Below are positions 25,326 to 37,539 of a stretch of 64,000 nucleotides of DNA, one piece after another. The position numbers and the translations under genes were made by a program. The notes under the pieces are model-generated. The model had not been told where the DNA came from, did not search any database, and worked only from the letters and a program-made list of their open reading frames with translations. How positions within the stretch are numbered: position 1 is the first letter of the stretch; the number at the start of each line of letters is the position of its first letter. Origin of the DNA: Octopus bimaculoides (Eukaryota); contig NC_068991.1 of the NCBI RefSeq assembly GCF_001194135.2, positions 43,755,639 through 43,819,638 on the forward strand. The letters are read 5' to 3'.

Positions 25326-27192
25326 AAAGAGGGACTTGTGAAAACGAAAGCCATCCCTATTAGAAGAGGAATATTCCAGGGAGACACGCTCTCTCCACTC
25401 CTGTTCTGCCTGGCACTCACACCTTTAACTGAATTGCTAAATAGAACTGGATGCGGTTACAAATGCTACGGAAAAACAGTCAGCCACCTTCTATATATGG
25501 ATGACCTAAAATTATATGCTAAAAATGACAGAGAGCTAGAAATATTACTATAGACAGTACACGGCTTTACCAAGGAAATAGATATGAAATTCGGATTAGA
25601 AAAATGTGCCAAAGCAACCCCGAAAAGAGGAAAATTAGTTAAAAGTAGCAATATAACACTAGATAAAGCCAATGAAATAAGAGAACTAGACGAAAGCCAA
25701 CCATACAAGTATTTAGGAGTCAATGAACTAGATAGGATACAACATACACAAATGAAAGAAAAAATAAAGAAAGAGTACTATAGACGAGTTAGATCAATAC
25801 TAAAAACAGAGCTCAATGCTAAAAACAAGATAATGGGTATCAACACTTTAGCTGTCCCAGTTATAAGCNNNNNNNNNNNNNNNNNNNNNNNNNNNNNNNN
25901 NNNNNNNNNNNNNNNNNNNNNNNNNNNNNNNNNNNNNNNNNNNNNNNNNNNNNNNNNNNNNNNNNNNNNNNNNNNNNNNNNNNNNNNNNNNNNNNNNNNN
26001 NNNNNNNNNNNNNNNNNNNNNNNNNNNNNNNNNNNNNNNNNNNNNNNNNNNNNNNNNNNNNNNNNNNNNNNNNNNNNNNNNNNNNNNNNNNNNNNNNNNN
26101 NNNNNNNNNNNNNNNNNNNNNNNNNNNNNNNNNNNNNNNNNNNNNNNNNNNNNNNNNNNNNNNNNNNNNNNNNNNNNNNNNNNNNNNNNNNNNNNNNNNN
26201 NNNNNNNNNNNNNNNNNNNNNNNNNNNNNNNNNNNNNNNNNNNNNNNNNNNNNNNNNNNNNNNNNNNNNNNNNNNNNNNNNNNNNNNNNNNNNNNNNNNN
26301 NNNNNNNNNNNNNNNNNNNNNNNNNNNNNNNNNNNNNNNNNNNNNNNNNNNNNNNNNNNNNNNNNNNNNNNNNNNNNNNNNNNNNNNNNNNNNNNNNNNN
26401 NNNNNNNNNNNNNNNNNNNNNNNNNNNNNNNNNNNNNNNNNNNNNNNNNNNNNNNNNNNNNNNNNNNNNNNNNNNNNNNNNNNNNNNNNNNNNNNNNNNN
26501 NNNNNNNNNNNNNNNNNNNNNNNNNNNNNNNNNNNNNNNNNNNNNNNNNNNNNNNNNNNNNNNNNNNNNNNNNNNNNNNNNNNNNNNNNNNNNNNNNNNN
26601 NNNNNNNNNNNNNNNNNNNNNNNNNNNNNNNNNNNNNNNNNNNNNNNNNNNNNNNNNNNNNNNNNNNNNNNNNNNNNNNNNNNNNNNNNNNNNNNNNNNN
26701 NNNNNNNNNNNNNNNNNNNNNNNNNNNNNNNNNNNNNNNNNNNNNNNNNNNNNNNNNNNNNNNNNNNNNNNNNNNNNNNNNNNNNNNNNNNNNNNNNNNN
26801 NNNNNNNNNNNNNNNNNNNNNNNNNNNNNNNNNNNNNNNNNNNNNNNNNNNNNNNNNNNTTTCTCTAAAAGAAATGGAAAAACTTTCAAAATACAAAGAC
26901 CTGGAAATAGAGATAACTTGAATGTGGGATCTAAAAACAGAAACAATTCCTATCATAGTAGGTGCCTTAGGTATAATAAAAAAATATTCAGACAAATACA
27001 TAACAAAAACACCAGGACTTACAAATATATATAACATACAGAAAATTGCACTACTGGGTACTGCACACATTCTACGCAAAACACTTTCAATACAGTAAAC
27101 ATAAGAGCACCACAGCAAACCACAGCACATACCCAAGGCGCACAGAGCTGCGCTCGGTAGTGAAGTGAAAGCACATTATAAAAATAAAACTA

Positions 27193-27196
<4 letters not shown>
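25326..27196 (+). mobile_element. 5'-truncated R4/Dong-clade non-LTR retrotransposon (RT plus restriction-like endonuclease), partly in a gap
   Basis: RRGIFQGDTLSPLLF, HLLYMDDLKLY, YKYLGV; after the gap KYKDLEIEI...PIIVGALG...ALLGTAHILRKTL*. The 3' end runs into (TAA)n. Confidence 0.9.
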
Positions 27197-27237
<41 letters not shown>

Positions 27238-28029
27238 AACAACAACATCGAAAAATACCTTGGGAATGAGAACCCAGGTTCAAAATTTTCCCAAGGTTGG
27301 AGGGTGTATCAGCCGAAACGTTGTGTTAACAACAAACAGGATGAGGACAAATATCCGTCAAATGTAAATAATGTAAATAATGTAGTCAATATGTTGTTGA
27401 AAGAAGACAAAAAAATTTACAATGAAAATTGATTTATATAGTTGTCATTTTGAATTGGGCATAAACGTAACTCTCTCTTTCTTTCTCTCTCTCTCTCTCA
27501 TCCACACAAAATCTCTCTCTCATACACACACAGTCATTACATCATGATTGTGTGTGTGCGCGCGCACGCGAGTGTGTGTGTGTGTGTGTGTGTGCACACA
27601 TATATATATATATATATATAAAATATGATATAATATAATCTTATAATAATTCTGCTTGTTCCTCCATTACTTAGCCCATCTGTAAGTCTTCCACGTGATT
27701 AGTTGAGGGGAAAGGCGAAGAGTGAAAGAAAACGGAATGAGAAAAAGAGGGTAAAGCAAAGAGTGAGAGAGAAAGAGGAAGTCTATAAAATTGTACATAA
27801 AGTATATAAAGTGTATATATAAAGAACATTAAATAATCATTATATTTCAATTTCCTTCACTTTTCAATGATTAGGAGATGAGCGACTAGATTTTGATACA
27901 GGCTCAACACAGGCTATGCTTTCAGGTTTTTGGGATAAAGTTTTCAGAAATAAACCATTAAGTTTATCATTAATTCTGTGAAAGATTCATGAGTCCCATT
28001 GGGATAATATAATATGATAATAATACACT

Positions 28030-28322
28030 AAAGTGTATGGCTTAGTGGTTAAGGTGTTGCACTTATAATTGCAAAGTCATGGTTTCAATTCCCAGACTGG
28101 TGGTGCATTGTGTTCTCAAGCAAAACAGTTTATTTCACATTGCTCCAATCTACCCAGCTGTAAATGGATAACCCTGTGATGGTCTAACATTCTGTTCAGT
28201 GGGGAATGTTAGCCTGCTTGCCTAGCATGTGGGGTGACATCATTCGGAAGCTACAACAATGTGGGGAAGCTTATTTTGCCCAGCAGTGTATAACAGCATC
28301 CAGTTGTCTGATCAATACAGGG

Positions 28323-28325
<3 letters not shown>
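28030..28325 (+). mobile_element. SINE family C (MetaSINE-like)
   Basis: gtgtatggcttagtggttaaggtgttgcac head and body as at 5905. Confidence 0.7.
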
Positions 28326-28356
<31 letters not shown>

Positions 28357-28366
28357 NNNNNNNNNN

Positions 28367-28465
28367 TTTCATCGCTTTGAGACCGCGACCTGTTCACTAA
28401 CAAAATTCCATGCTGCATCATTTTTTTTTAGTCAGTGAACAGGTCATGATCTCAAAGTGACGAAA
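28367..28465. repeat. 35-bp-stem inverted repeat
   Basis: tttcatcgctttgagaccgcgacctgttcactaac (28367-28401) versus gtcagtgaacaggtcatgatctcaaagtgacgaaa (28431-28465). Confidence 0.85.
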
Positions 28466-29454
28466 ATATTTTGGCAAATTAAATTTAAATGTCGAAGTGA
28501 ATCTAACGGTTTTTGTGTGTTTCTTAAATGGCTTATAAACACCTTCCATGCTGCAATATATGTATATTTTGCTGTTGATGAAATTTTAACCATAGATTTT
28601 AAACACAAATGAAGTAATATTCGTAAAATTTCAACTTCTTAGGAGTTAGTAAAATCCCTTAATAGGCCTAACCTGGTCACCTGTATGGTGAGGAATCCTA
28701 CATTGGGGACTTTTAATGACCGGGGTAGGGTAGCTGACTGCTTATTGTGATTATTTGTCTTTTGGTTTCATGTAGCTTTGCTCTCTTTTACAAACCCAAT
28801 GAACTTTTGTATATTTCCAATTTCAAAGAAATTTGAACAATAGATATAAGACACAAGTTAAAAAAGATTCCCAACAATTCAACTTCTCTGGTTGACTTTA
28901 AGACCCCACCCCCAATAGGGGCCATAGCTCCCACATTTTAGAGCTCCCTGTGGTCCATTTTTCAGGAGCAAAAACCTTTGAATAGGTTTAATAAGATATG
29001 AACTTTGGAATCTGGGCATAAAGATGAGTAGTATGGGATAAATATGTCATGATTAGAATTTTTGTTAGGGTGTGTAAAGAGGGAAAGAACCATCATTAAA
29101 ATTCTTAATCTTCAATCTTGATGATATTCAAATCATAGGTATTCCAGTTCATTAGAGAAAATATAAAAGTAAAGTCTAATTCTTCAATTCCATGTGACAG
29201 GCAATGCTGGGTATCTCTGTTAGTATATATATANNNNNNNNNNNNNNNNNNNNNNNNNNNNNNNNNNNNNNNNNNNNNNNNNNNNNNNNNNNNNNNNNNN
29301 NNNNNNNNNNNNNNNNNNNNNNNNNNNNNNNNNNNNNNNNNNNNNNNNNNNNNNNNNNNNNNNNNNNNNNNNNNNNNNNNNNNNNNNNNNNNNNNNNNNN
29401 NNNNNNNNNNNNNNNNNNNNNNNNNNNNNNNNNNNNNNNNNNNNNNNNNNNNNN

Positions 29455-29835
29455 ATATGCTGTGTGGTAAGAAGTTTGCTTTCCAAATACATGGTTCTGG
29501 GTTCAGTCCCACTGCATGCATCTTGAGCAAGTATCTTTTACTACAGCCTCAGGCCAACCAAAGCCTTGGGAGTGGATTTGGTAGACAAAAACTGAACGAA
29601 GCCCATCATATGCATATATCTATATATATCTATGTGTATGTGTCTGAATATCTGCGTTTTCCCCACCACTGCTTAATCACTGCTGTTGGTTTGTTTACAT
29701 CCTCATAACCTAGCAGTTAGCAAAAGGAACTGATAAAATAAGTACCAGACTTAATGCAAAAGTACTGGAGTTGATTTGTTTGAGTAAGAACTCCTGAAGG
29801 TGGTGTCCCAGCATGGCAGCAGCCCAATGACTGCA
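29455..29835 (+). mobile_element. SINE family A
   Basis: gctgtgtggtaagaagtttgcttt...gggttcagtcccactgc head; tail ends aaggtggtgtcccagcatggc. Confidence 0.8.
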
Positions 29836-30221
29836 AAAGATAAAAGACACACACACACACGTGTACACACATACACACATAGTGCATAATGTAAAAGCAA
29901 AAAAATACTTAAAATGAACATTAAGAGAACAACTCAGAATGAACAAATTATGATGCTATTAGCTTAATGCTTGAAAGGAGGATGGAGTAGTTTGACGTTT
30001 TAGACGTTAATTGTTACAACATAATGAGAATTCACTAATATATATTATAGAAACCATTGTTACTTAAACCTTTGCCTGTTTAAAGCATTTCCATAAGTTT
30101 GTCCTAAACATCCACGCCTGTTTTCAGACATTTAGAGTATTGGAAATAAATGACACTACTAGAATGACAGTGACAACCATTTTGTTACAATCATGGAATG
30201 TCAAGGCAAGGAGACAAACAT

Positions 30222-30258
<37 letters not shown>

Positions 30259-30513
30259 ACACACACACACACACCACACAGACACACACACCACACACAC
30301 ACACAAATATATGTATGTATATACATTGGCTGTGTGGNNNNNNNNNNNNNNNNNNNNNNNNNNNNNNNNNNNNNNNNNNNNNNNNNNNNNNNNNNNNNNN
30401 NNNNNNNNNNNNNNNNNNNNNNNNNNNNNNNNNNNNNNNNNNNNNNNNNNNNNNNNNNNNNNNNNNNNNNNNNNNNNNNNNNNNNNNNNNNNNNNNNNNN
30501 NNNNNNNNNNNNN

Positions 30514-30548
<35 letters not shown>

Positions 30549-30640
30549 ATGTGTCTTTGTGTCTGTGTTTGTCCCCCAGCACTGCTTAACAACCAGTGTT
30601 GGTTTGTTTATGTCCCTATAGCTTAGTAGTTTAGCAAAAG

Positions 30641-30811
30641 AGGCCTATAGAATGAGCATCAGAATTTTAAAAAAATAAATATTGGAATCGATTCATTTGA
30701 CTAAAAATTCTTCAAGGCAGTGCCCAAGCATAACTGCAGTCTAATGACGGAAACAAGTAAAAGATATAAGTATCTATGTACAATGTCTACCTACCTACCT
30801 ATCTATATATC

Positions 30812-30861
<50 letters not shown>

Positions 30862-30904
30862 GACAGACAGACAGACAGACAGACAGGCAAGCAGGCAGGC
30901 AGGC

Positions 30905-30990
<86 letters not shown>

Positions 30991-31148
30991 GTAGGTAGGT
31001 AGACATTGTACATAGATACTTATATCTTTTACCTGTTTCAGTCATTAAACTGCAGTTATACTTGGGCACTGCCTTGAAGAATTTTTAGTCAAATGAATCG
31101 ACTCCAGTATTTATTTTAAAAAAATCCTGATACTCATTCTATAGGCCT
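30641..31148. repeat. Inverted duplication (fold-back) of a SINE A tail plus flank around an (AGAC)n loop
   Basis: 30641-~30860 is the reverse complement of ~30958-31148 with scattered mismatches. Confidence 0.9.
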
Positions 31149-31814
31149 TGCTTTATCTATCTATCATAGATAGATATATATATATATAGATAGATAGATA
31201 GATAGCAGTGCTCTTGAAGCCACTCACCTGAAGATGTGCTGGTACACAGCTATTATTGGATCATATTAATACAATAATGTGTCTCATATATGAAATATTC
31301 AGCAATTACCAGCCGATACTAATGCACAGAAACAATTGTAGTGATTTGGATTAAAACCTGTTCATTCCATCTTCTTCTATTATAATTTTTTGTATGAATT
31401 CTGCAGACATTAATGGATTTACACATGTACACACACACACACACAAAACACACGCACATACACAGAGCCCCCCCCCCCCCCCCCAATGGGTTTCTTTCAT
31501 TTTCCATCTTCCATATTCACAAGGCTGCAATAGAAGACACTTACTCAATGTGCTGTGCTCTGGGACTGAACCCAGAGTTATGTTTGTAACCCCACAGTGT
31601 CTCAAATAGAGTTGATACAATAATAATCAGGCTGAAGTAAGATATGATTGACAAAAATCCTTGAAGGTGGTGCTCCAGCATGGTTGGCTGTAGACTAAAT
31701 GATACCAAGGCATAGCTACAAAAATGCACTTCTCACTGTTTTTGTTTCCTCTTAAGTTTCTGGATATGATTTTATCGGAATCTGTTGTGGAAAACGACTT
31801 TTTCTCTCTTTTTA

Positions 31815-32975
31815 AACAGGCATGGCTGTATAGTAAGATGTTTGCTTCCTAACCACATGGTACTGTGTTCAGTCCCACTGTGTGGCACTTTGGGCCAGTG
31901 TCTTCTACTTTAGCCTCAGGCTGATCAAGGCCCTGTGAATGGATTTGGTGGACCGAAATTGAAAGAAGCCCGTTGTGTGGGTGTATGTGTGTGTATGTGT
32001 GTGTGTGTGTGTGTGTGTGTATCTGTGTTTGTCTGCTACCACCACTTGACAACCGGTATTGGTGTGTTTACATCCATGTAAATTAGCAGTTTGGCAAAAG
32101 AGACTGATAGAATAAGTACCAGGCTTTACAAAAAATAATAATACTGNNNNNNNNNNNNNNNNNNNNNNNNNNNNNNNNNNNNNNNNNNNNNNNNNNNNNN
32201 NNNNNNNNNNNNNNNNNNNNNNNNNNNNNNNNNNNNNNNNNNNNNNNNNNNNNNNNNNNNNNNNNNNNNNNNNNNNNNNNNNNNNNNNNNNNNNNNNNNN
32301 NNNNNNNNNNNNNNNNNNNNNNNNNNNNNNNNNNNNNNNNNNNNNNNNNNNNNNNNNNNNNNNNNNNNNNNNNNNNNNNNNNNNNNNNNNNNNNNNNNNN
32401 NNNNNNNNNNNNNNNNNNNNNNNNNNNNNNNNNNNNNNNNNNNNNNNNNNNNNNNNNNNNNNNNNNNNNNNNNNNNNNNNNNNNNNNNNNNNNNNNNNNN
32501 NNNNNNNNNNNNNNNNNNNNNNNNNNNNNNNNNNNNNNNNNNNNNNNNNNNNNNNNNNNNNNNNNNNNNNNNNNNNNNNNNNNNNNNNNNNNNNNNNNNN
32601 NNNNNNNNNNNNNNNNNNNNNNNNNNNNNNNNNNNNNNNNNNNNNNNNNNNNNNNNNNNNNNNNNNNNNNNNNNNNNNNNNNNNNNNNNNNNNNNNNNNN
32701 NNNNNNNNNNNNNNNNNNNNNNNNNNNNNNNNNNNNNNNNNNNNNNNNNNNNNNNNNNNNNNNNNNNNNNNNNNNNNNNNNNNNNNNNNNNNNNNNNNNN
32801 NNNNNNNNNNNNNNNNNNNNNNNNNNNNNNNNNNNNNNNNNNNNNNNNNNNNNNNNNNNNNNNNNNNNNNNNNNNNNNNNNNNNNNNNNNNNNNNNNNNN
32901 NNNNATTTGACAAGAAATTCTTCAAGGCGCTGCCCCAGTATGATCAGTCAAATGACTGAAACAAATAAAAAATAA
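31815..32975 (+). mobile_element. SINE family A, head and tail separated by an N gap
   Basis: Head caggcatggctgtatagtaag; tail aaattcttcaaggcgctgccccag...gaaacaaataaaaa. Confidence 0.7.
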
Positions 32976-32977
32976 AA

Positions 32978-33560
32978 CATACATACATACATACATACAT
33001 ACGTACATACATACATACATACAAACATACATACGTACATACATACATACATACATACATACATACATACATACATACATACATACATACATACATACAT
33101 AATCATCATTAATAAAATGTTACACAATAATTTTGAAGGAAAGAATTTACCTGAGTAAAAAACATTTCAAAAACATTAAGTAGAGCAATTAATTAAGAGA
33201 TCTTAGAAACAGGATTGTCAAATCATGCTTGACGTCCACTAATTTTCTTTCCAAAACAGCTGTGTTCATGTTGAAACTGCGCTGTTCTCTATTTCTCTCT
33301 TACTCTCTCCTTTACCCTTTTAAACGTAAACATCTCGCTGTTTCTTTCTTTTTGATAGTTCCCTTCTGCCTTACTCTTTCGCTCTCTCTCTCTTTCACTC
33401 TTTCTTTCTCTCTCTCTCTCTTTCGCTCTCTCTCTTTCTCTCTTGTACACACATACACAGACACACGATCTCTTTCTCTCAGGCAAACACAGACACACGC
33501 ACATGCAAATACACAGTATGTATGTATGTATGTATGTATGAATGTATGTATGAACGTATG

Positions 33561-33594
<34 letters not shown>

Positions 33595-33635
33595 TGTATG
33601 TATGTATGTATGTATCTATCTATCTATCTATCTAC

Positions 33636-33682
<47 letters not shown>

Positions 33683-33841
33683 CCAACCTACCTACCTACC
33701 TACCTGTCTGTCTGTCTCACCGTCTGCCTGCCTGTCTGTCTGTATTGTATTTTTCTTCTCAATATCTCACATATACCATACAATTGCTGTCTCTTTTTCT
33801 CTACATTTTCCGACTCTATTTGTTTCATCACACTCAATCTG

Positions 33842-33872
<31 letters not shown>

Positions 33873-33920
33873 CTCTTTCTCTCTTTCTTTCTTTCTTTCT
33901 TTCTTTCCCTCTCTTTTTCG
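32978..33920. repeat. Microsatellite cluster: (TACA)n, (CT)n, (TATG)n(TATC)n(TACC)n(TGTC)n, (TTTC)n
   Basis: Direct inspection. Confidence 0.9.
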
Positions 33921-34639
33921 ATGTGGTTTATCCGTAGGTCAGTCCTAACCGAACAGACCTATCATCAACAGTGCTCCGGTAGTGACCATACTATCTTTCT
34001 CTTTGGCTCACTATACATAAAACTATATTGTCTTATGCAGCCTTTTCCGCGTGATTTGAGTTTGATTTGGCTGCTATTTTTAACATGTCGAGCAACACGT
34101 AGAAGCTCCCTTGTTGCCTTATCTTTCTGTTAACTTCCACTTTCTACTAATAGTTTGCTTTCTTAATCTCTGATTTTAGCTCACTTTTCCCACATATTTC
34201 CCCTTCAGACACGCATAGGCACCCCCCCCACTCTCTCTCTCTCTCTCCATACACCTCAGAATTATTCTCTCACTCAGTTATTCGTTTCTCTTTCGCTCTT
34301 TATTCCTAAGAAGAAATATTCACACTAACATACACATATTTGGATATTTTTACAACCCCACTTTTTCCTCAATCATTTGTTTCTCCTCTCTCCTGCGTTA
34401 CTCGATCTTCAATAACTCACTCTCTCACTTTCTTTTACACACACCACACTTCTCGCTGCTCTGTTTTCTTCGTGCTCTCAGCGTGTTTCCTTACAGACTC
34501 ATTCTGTATTCCCGCCTTTACTATTTCTTTTCCTTAAACACGGTCATTCATTTTTGTGATAACTTTATCATTTTTATTTTAGACGCATCTTAATAAAAAA
34601 AAAACCCTATAAGTTTTTATTTATATATATTTTATCTTT

Positions 34640-35000
34640 TACTTAATTTCAATCATTGGACTGCGGGCATGCTGGGGCACTGCCTCGAAGGGTTTTAACC
34701 TAATGAATCGACCCCAGTACTTACTTTTTAAATCCCTGTACGTATTCTGTCGATCTTTTTGCCGAACTTATAATTTATGGGAATGTAAACAAACCAACAC
34801 TTGTCAAGTGGTGGTCTCTCTCTCTCTCTCGCACACACACACACACACGACAGGCTTCATTCATTTGCTGCCTTCGAAAGCCACTTATGAGGCTTTGGTC
34901 AGCTCGGGGCTAAAATAGAAGACACCCAATGTACCACGTAGTAATACTGAACTGGGAACCATGTGATTGGAAAGCTAACGTCTTAGCACACAGCCACGCT
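34640..35000 (-). mobile_element. SINE family A
   Basis: Tail and head motifs as in the other copies. Confidence 0.75.
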
Positions 35001-35422
35001 TATGAATGTTCTAGTACATGTGTCATTTTTAACATTTCTCACCAAGAAACGATGAACAAGCCCTCCAACTCAGAAATAAGTCTCTTTCATTGGAATTTAG
35101 GCATCAACTAGATAGTCATGTATTAATATCTACATACGCGTGACCTGTATGAACATTAGCATTGTTTTGTTTTGCTTTGACTGATTCAGTTAGCAGTCAA
35201 TTAACAATTACCTATTTCATTTATTTAGTAATTACATATATAACATGTATGTTTGTGATACATATATAATACAAAACCACATTAACATACAAATCCAAAA
35301 AACCGAAGAAAACAGAAGCATGAGCAAAGAAAGAAAGAAAAAGGAGGGGAGGTAGAAAGAAAGAAAAAGAAAAAAACATTTATTCCACACTTAGTGTTTC
35401 AATTGGTTGCACATCACAAAGT

Positions 35423-35720
35423 TCAATAGAGTCTACTGAAGCAAACTAACACGTCTGTGACATTACCACAGGCTGTAGCGAGGCTAAGATGTTGGAACAG
35501 CCAAGCACCCTCATGGGCATCACCTGACACCTTGATAGGGCGAGCCACCAATGCTGACAAGAACTTCGCTGTTAGCAGCCCAGCCCCTCCAAACTTCTCG
35601 AACATCACAGGCTGGAAGAAATGGCTCACTGACAAGTCCTGATTCTTAAGGATTTTGTTCCATTCACCTATGGAAGTAGTGACCTACCATTTACTGCAGC
35701 ATCCAGGATATGGGAGGGAG
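35423..35720 (-). mobile_element. CRE-clade-like non-LTR retrotransposon, C-terminal restriction-like endonuclease fragment
   Basis: FQPVMFEKFGGAG...VSGDAHEGAWLFQHLSLATACGNVTDVL resembles the F.P.A.ETLG...GD.RE..FL.QRLS.AVQRGNA terminus of CRE-type elements. Confidence 0.65.
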
Positions 35721-36673
35721 CAAAAGGGTCACAAGCTCTGGTGCCTCAGATGTGTGTGTGTGTGTGTGTGTGTGTATACATAGGTACCAACCTTTTACCC
35801 AGGGACAAAGGGTAAAACCATCTGGTCTCTTCCCATCACTTCTGAACAACCTCACCAGCTCCAGAACTTCATTTATATTTTGTCTTTACTTTGTAACTTG
35901 ACATTTTGAAGAGTATTAACAAAATTGCATGATAATCCTATAAAATGACAATTTTTATCAAATAAAGAAAACCCTCACTCTACAACATACTCATGTATTG
36001 AGCGTGACTGCTACCTATTCGACAGTGGCTGCTTCTTTTACTACCAACAGATTATTCTATTATATACACAAGCAGAAACACCATCCTCCAGGTGGTTTTC
36101 TATTGGTTGCTAAATGATATTTACACAGTTGATTCCCACTTGTGAAATTTCTTACATGTTACGTGAAATTTTCCTTCGTATCCTTTATTTGTCTAATACT
36201 CTCTCACTTAGTTAATAAATGTAAACTATCTTGTGCTCAAAAATGGCATTAAAATTAATAAATAAATCAGTAAAAGTCCTCAGTTTATCATATGTATATA
36301 TTTCAGAAAATATTGTACTGTTGCATGACAGGGAAATAGATTGCATACCTAGTATATGCTGCAAAAAAAATACATTGGAAAACTTACTGTATATTTCAAC
36401 ACATGTAATTGTATAACTTATTTCCTTTGCATTTTCTGCCAACATATATATTTGTACATTTTAGTATCAATATCCTATTAAACACACAGTTACAGATGTA
36501 GAGACAGGGAATGGTTTTTTTCTGCCTGTTCATTATATGAATTACATTAACATGAGCAGTGCTATTATGAGATCTCAGTTAAGGAATTAACTACAGGAAA
36601 TATGTAACAGATTTCATGCTTTAATCCTATCATGTACTGTATCACACACACACACACATAATAATAATAATAA

Positions 36674-37050
36674 GGGAGAAAATGTAACGATTCGTTGGGT
36701 CTTTCCAGTACATACAGACAGAACTATCAAAGCTAATAAACTGGATATTGTTGTAAAAGACCAAAATAATAAAGTCTGTTCATTGATTGACATGAGTATC
36801 CCTTATGATCATGATAATTCTGCAAAAGAATTTGACAAGCTCAGAAAATAGAAAGATTTTCTCATTGAAATACAAAAATCTGGCATCTTAAGGCAATTAC
36901 AACACCAGTAATTGTAGTAGCTCTAGGAATGATCAAAAAAGGAACTGAAAATTATTTAAGCATGATCCCTGGTTTACCATCCCTGCAAGAAATGCAAAGG
37001 TTGTTTTAGCTGGTACATCACACATATTGAGAAGAGCATTGTCACTGTGA
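36674..37050 (+). mobile_element. R4/Dong-like restriction-like endonuclease fragment
   Basis: TDRTIKANKLDIVVKD...LIDMSIP...PVIVVALG...AGTSHILRRALSL*; preceded by (TAA)n. Confidence 0.85.
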
Positions 37051-37539
37051 GAACGATTACCTTCTGTTATGAATAACTTCCTAGATTCTTAGCCAAGATT
37101 CAAAACCTAGCCTAGATTATTCTACGAGATTATAAGTGCGCACTTAAAAATTTATGAGAGTCAACTGTCACATACAGATCAGTTCTATTCTTTAACTGAG
37201 CATTTCAAGTCAAATTTAGATCAGGGCTGATAAGTGGCAGAAAATTCCTTGTTTAGCCTGACCTAATTTAGTTAGAATAAATATAAATATAGAACCCAAA
37301 TTCGATCTTATCTCTTTCTCTTAGACCCTGGCCAAAAGGAGCACTTCACGTATGGCTTGTCATTGCCCGACTACACAACTTTCATCGTCTGTACTGGTTA
37401 ACACAGATAGGTAGGTGCTCTTTTGGCATTTGATCTACAAGGGAGATTACTTTAGGTTACTTTTTAAATTATTTTGTACCTAGCATTGTAAATGTATTTT
37501 TTCAAAATTCTTACTATTTTAATTATAAGAAAACCATAT

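Larger units (their letters stand above)
24941..27382. mobile_element. Inverted (head-to-head) dimer of a tRNA-headed, hammerhead-bearing retroelement with 13-bp TSD
   Basis: TAGTCAATATGTT at 24928-24940 and 27383-27395. Left arm 24941-25254 (-) mirrors right arm 25255-25325 plus 27197-27382 (+). Palindromic centre CCCATGGG|CCCATGGG. Confidence 0.85.

Noticed and set aside
3029-32925. Long ORFs of 130-450 aa in the track made of X runs
   Set aside because: They only span N gaps and are not evidence of coding.
33229-34133. ORFs of 239, 203 and 123 aa, and the His/Thr-rich ORF at 14688-15026
   Set aside because: Translations of microsatellites.
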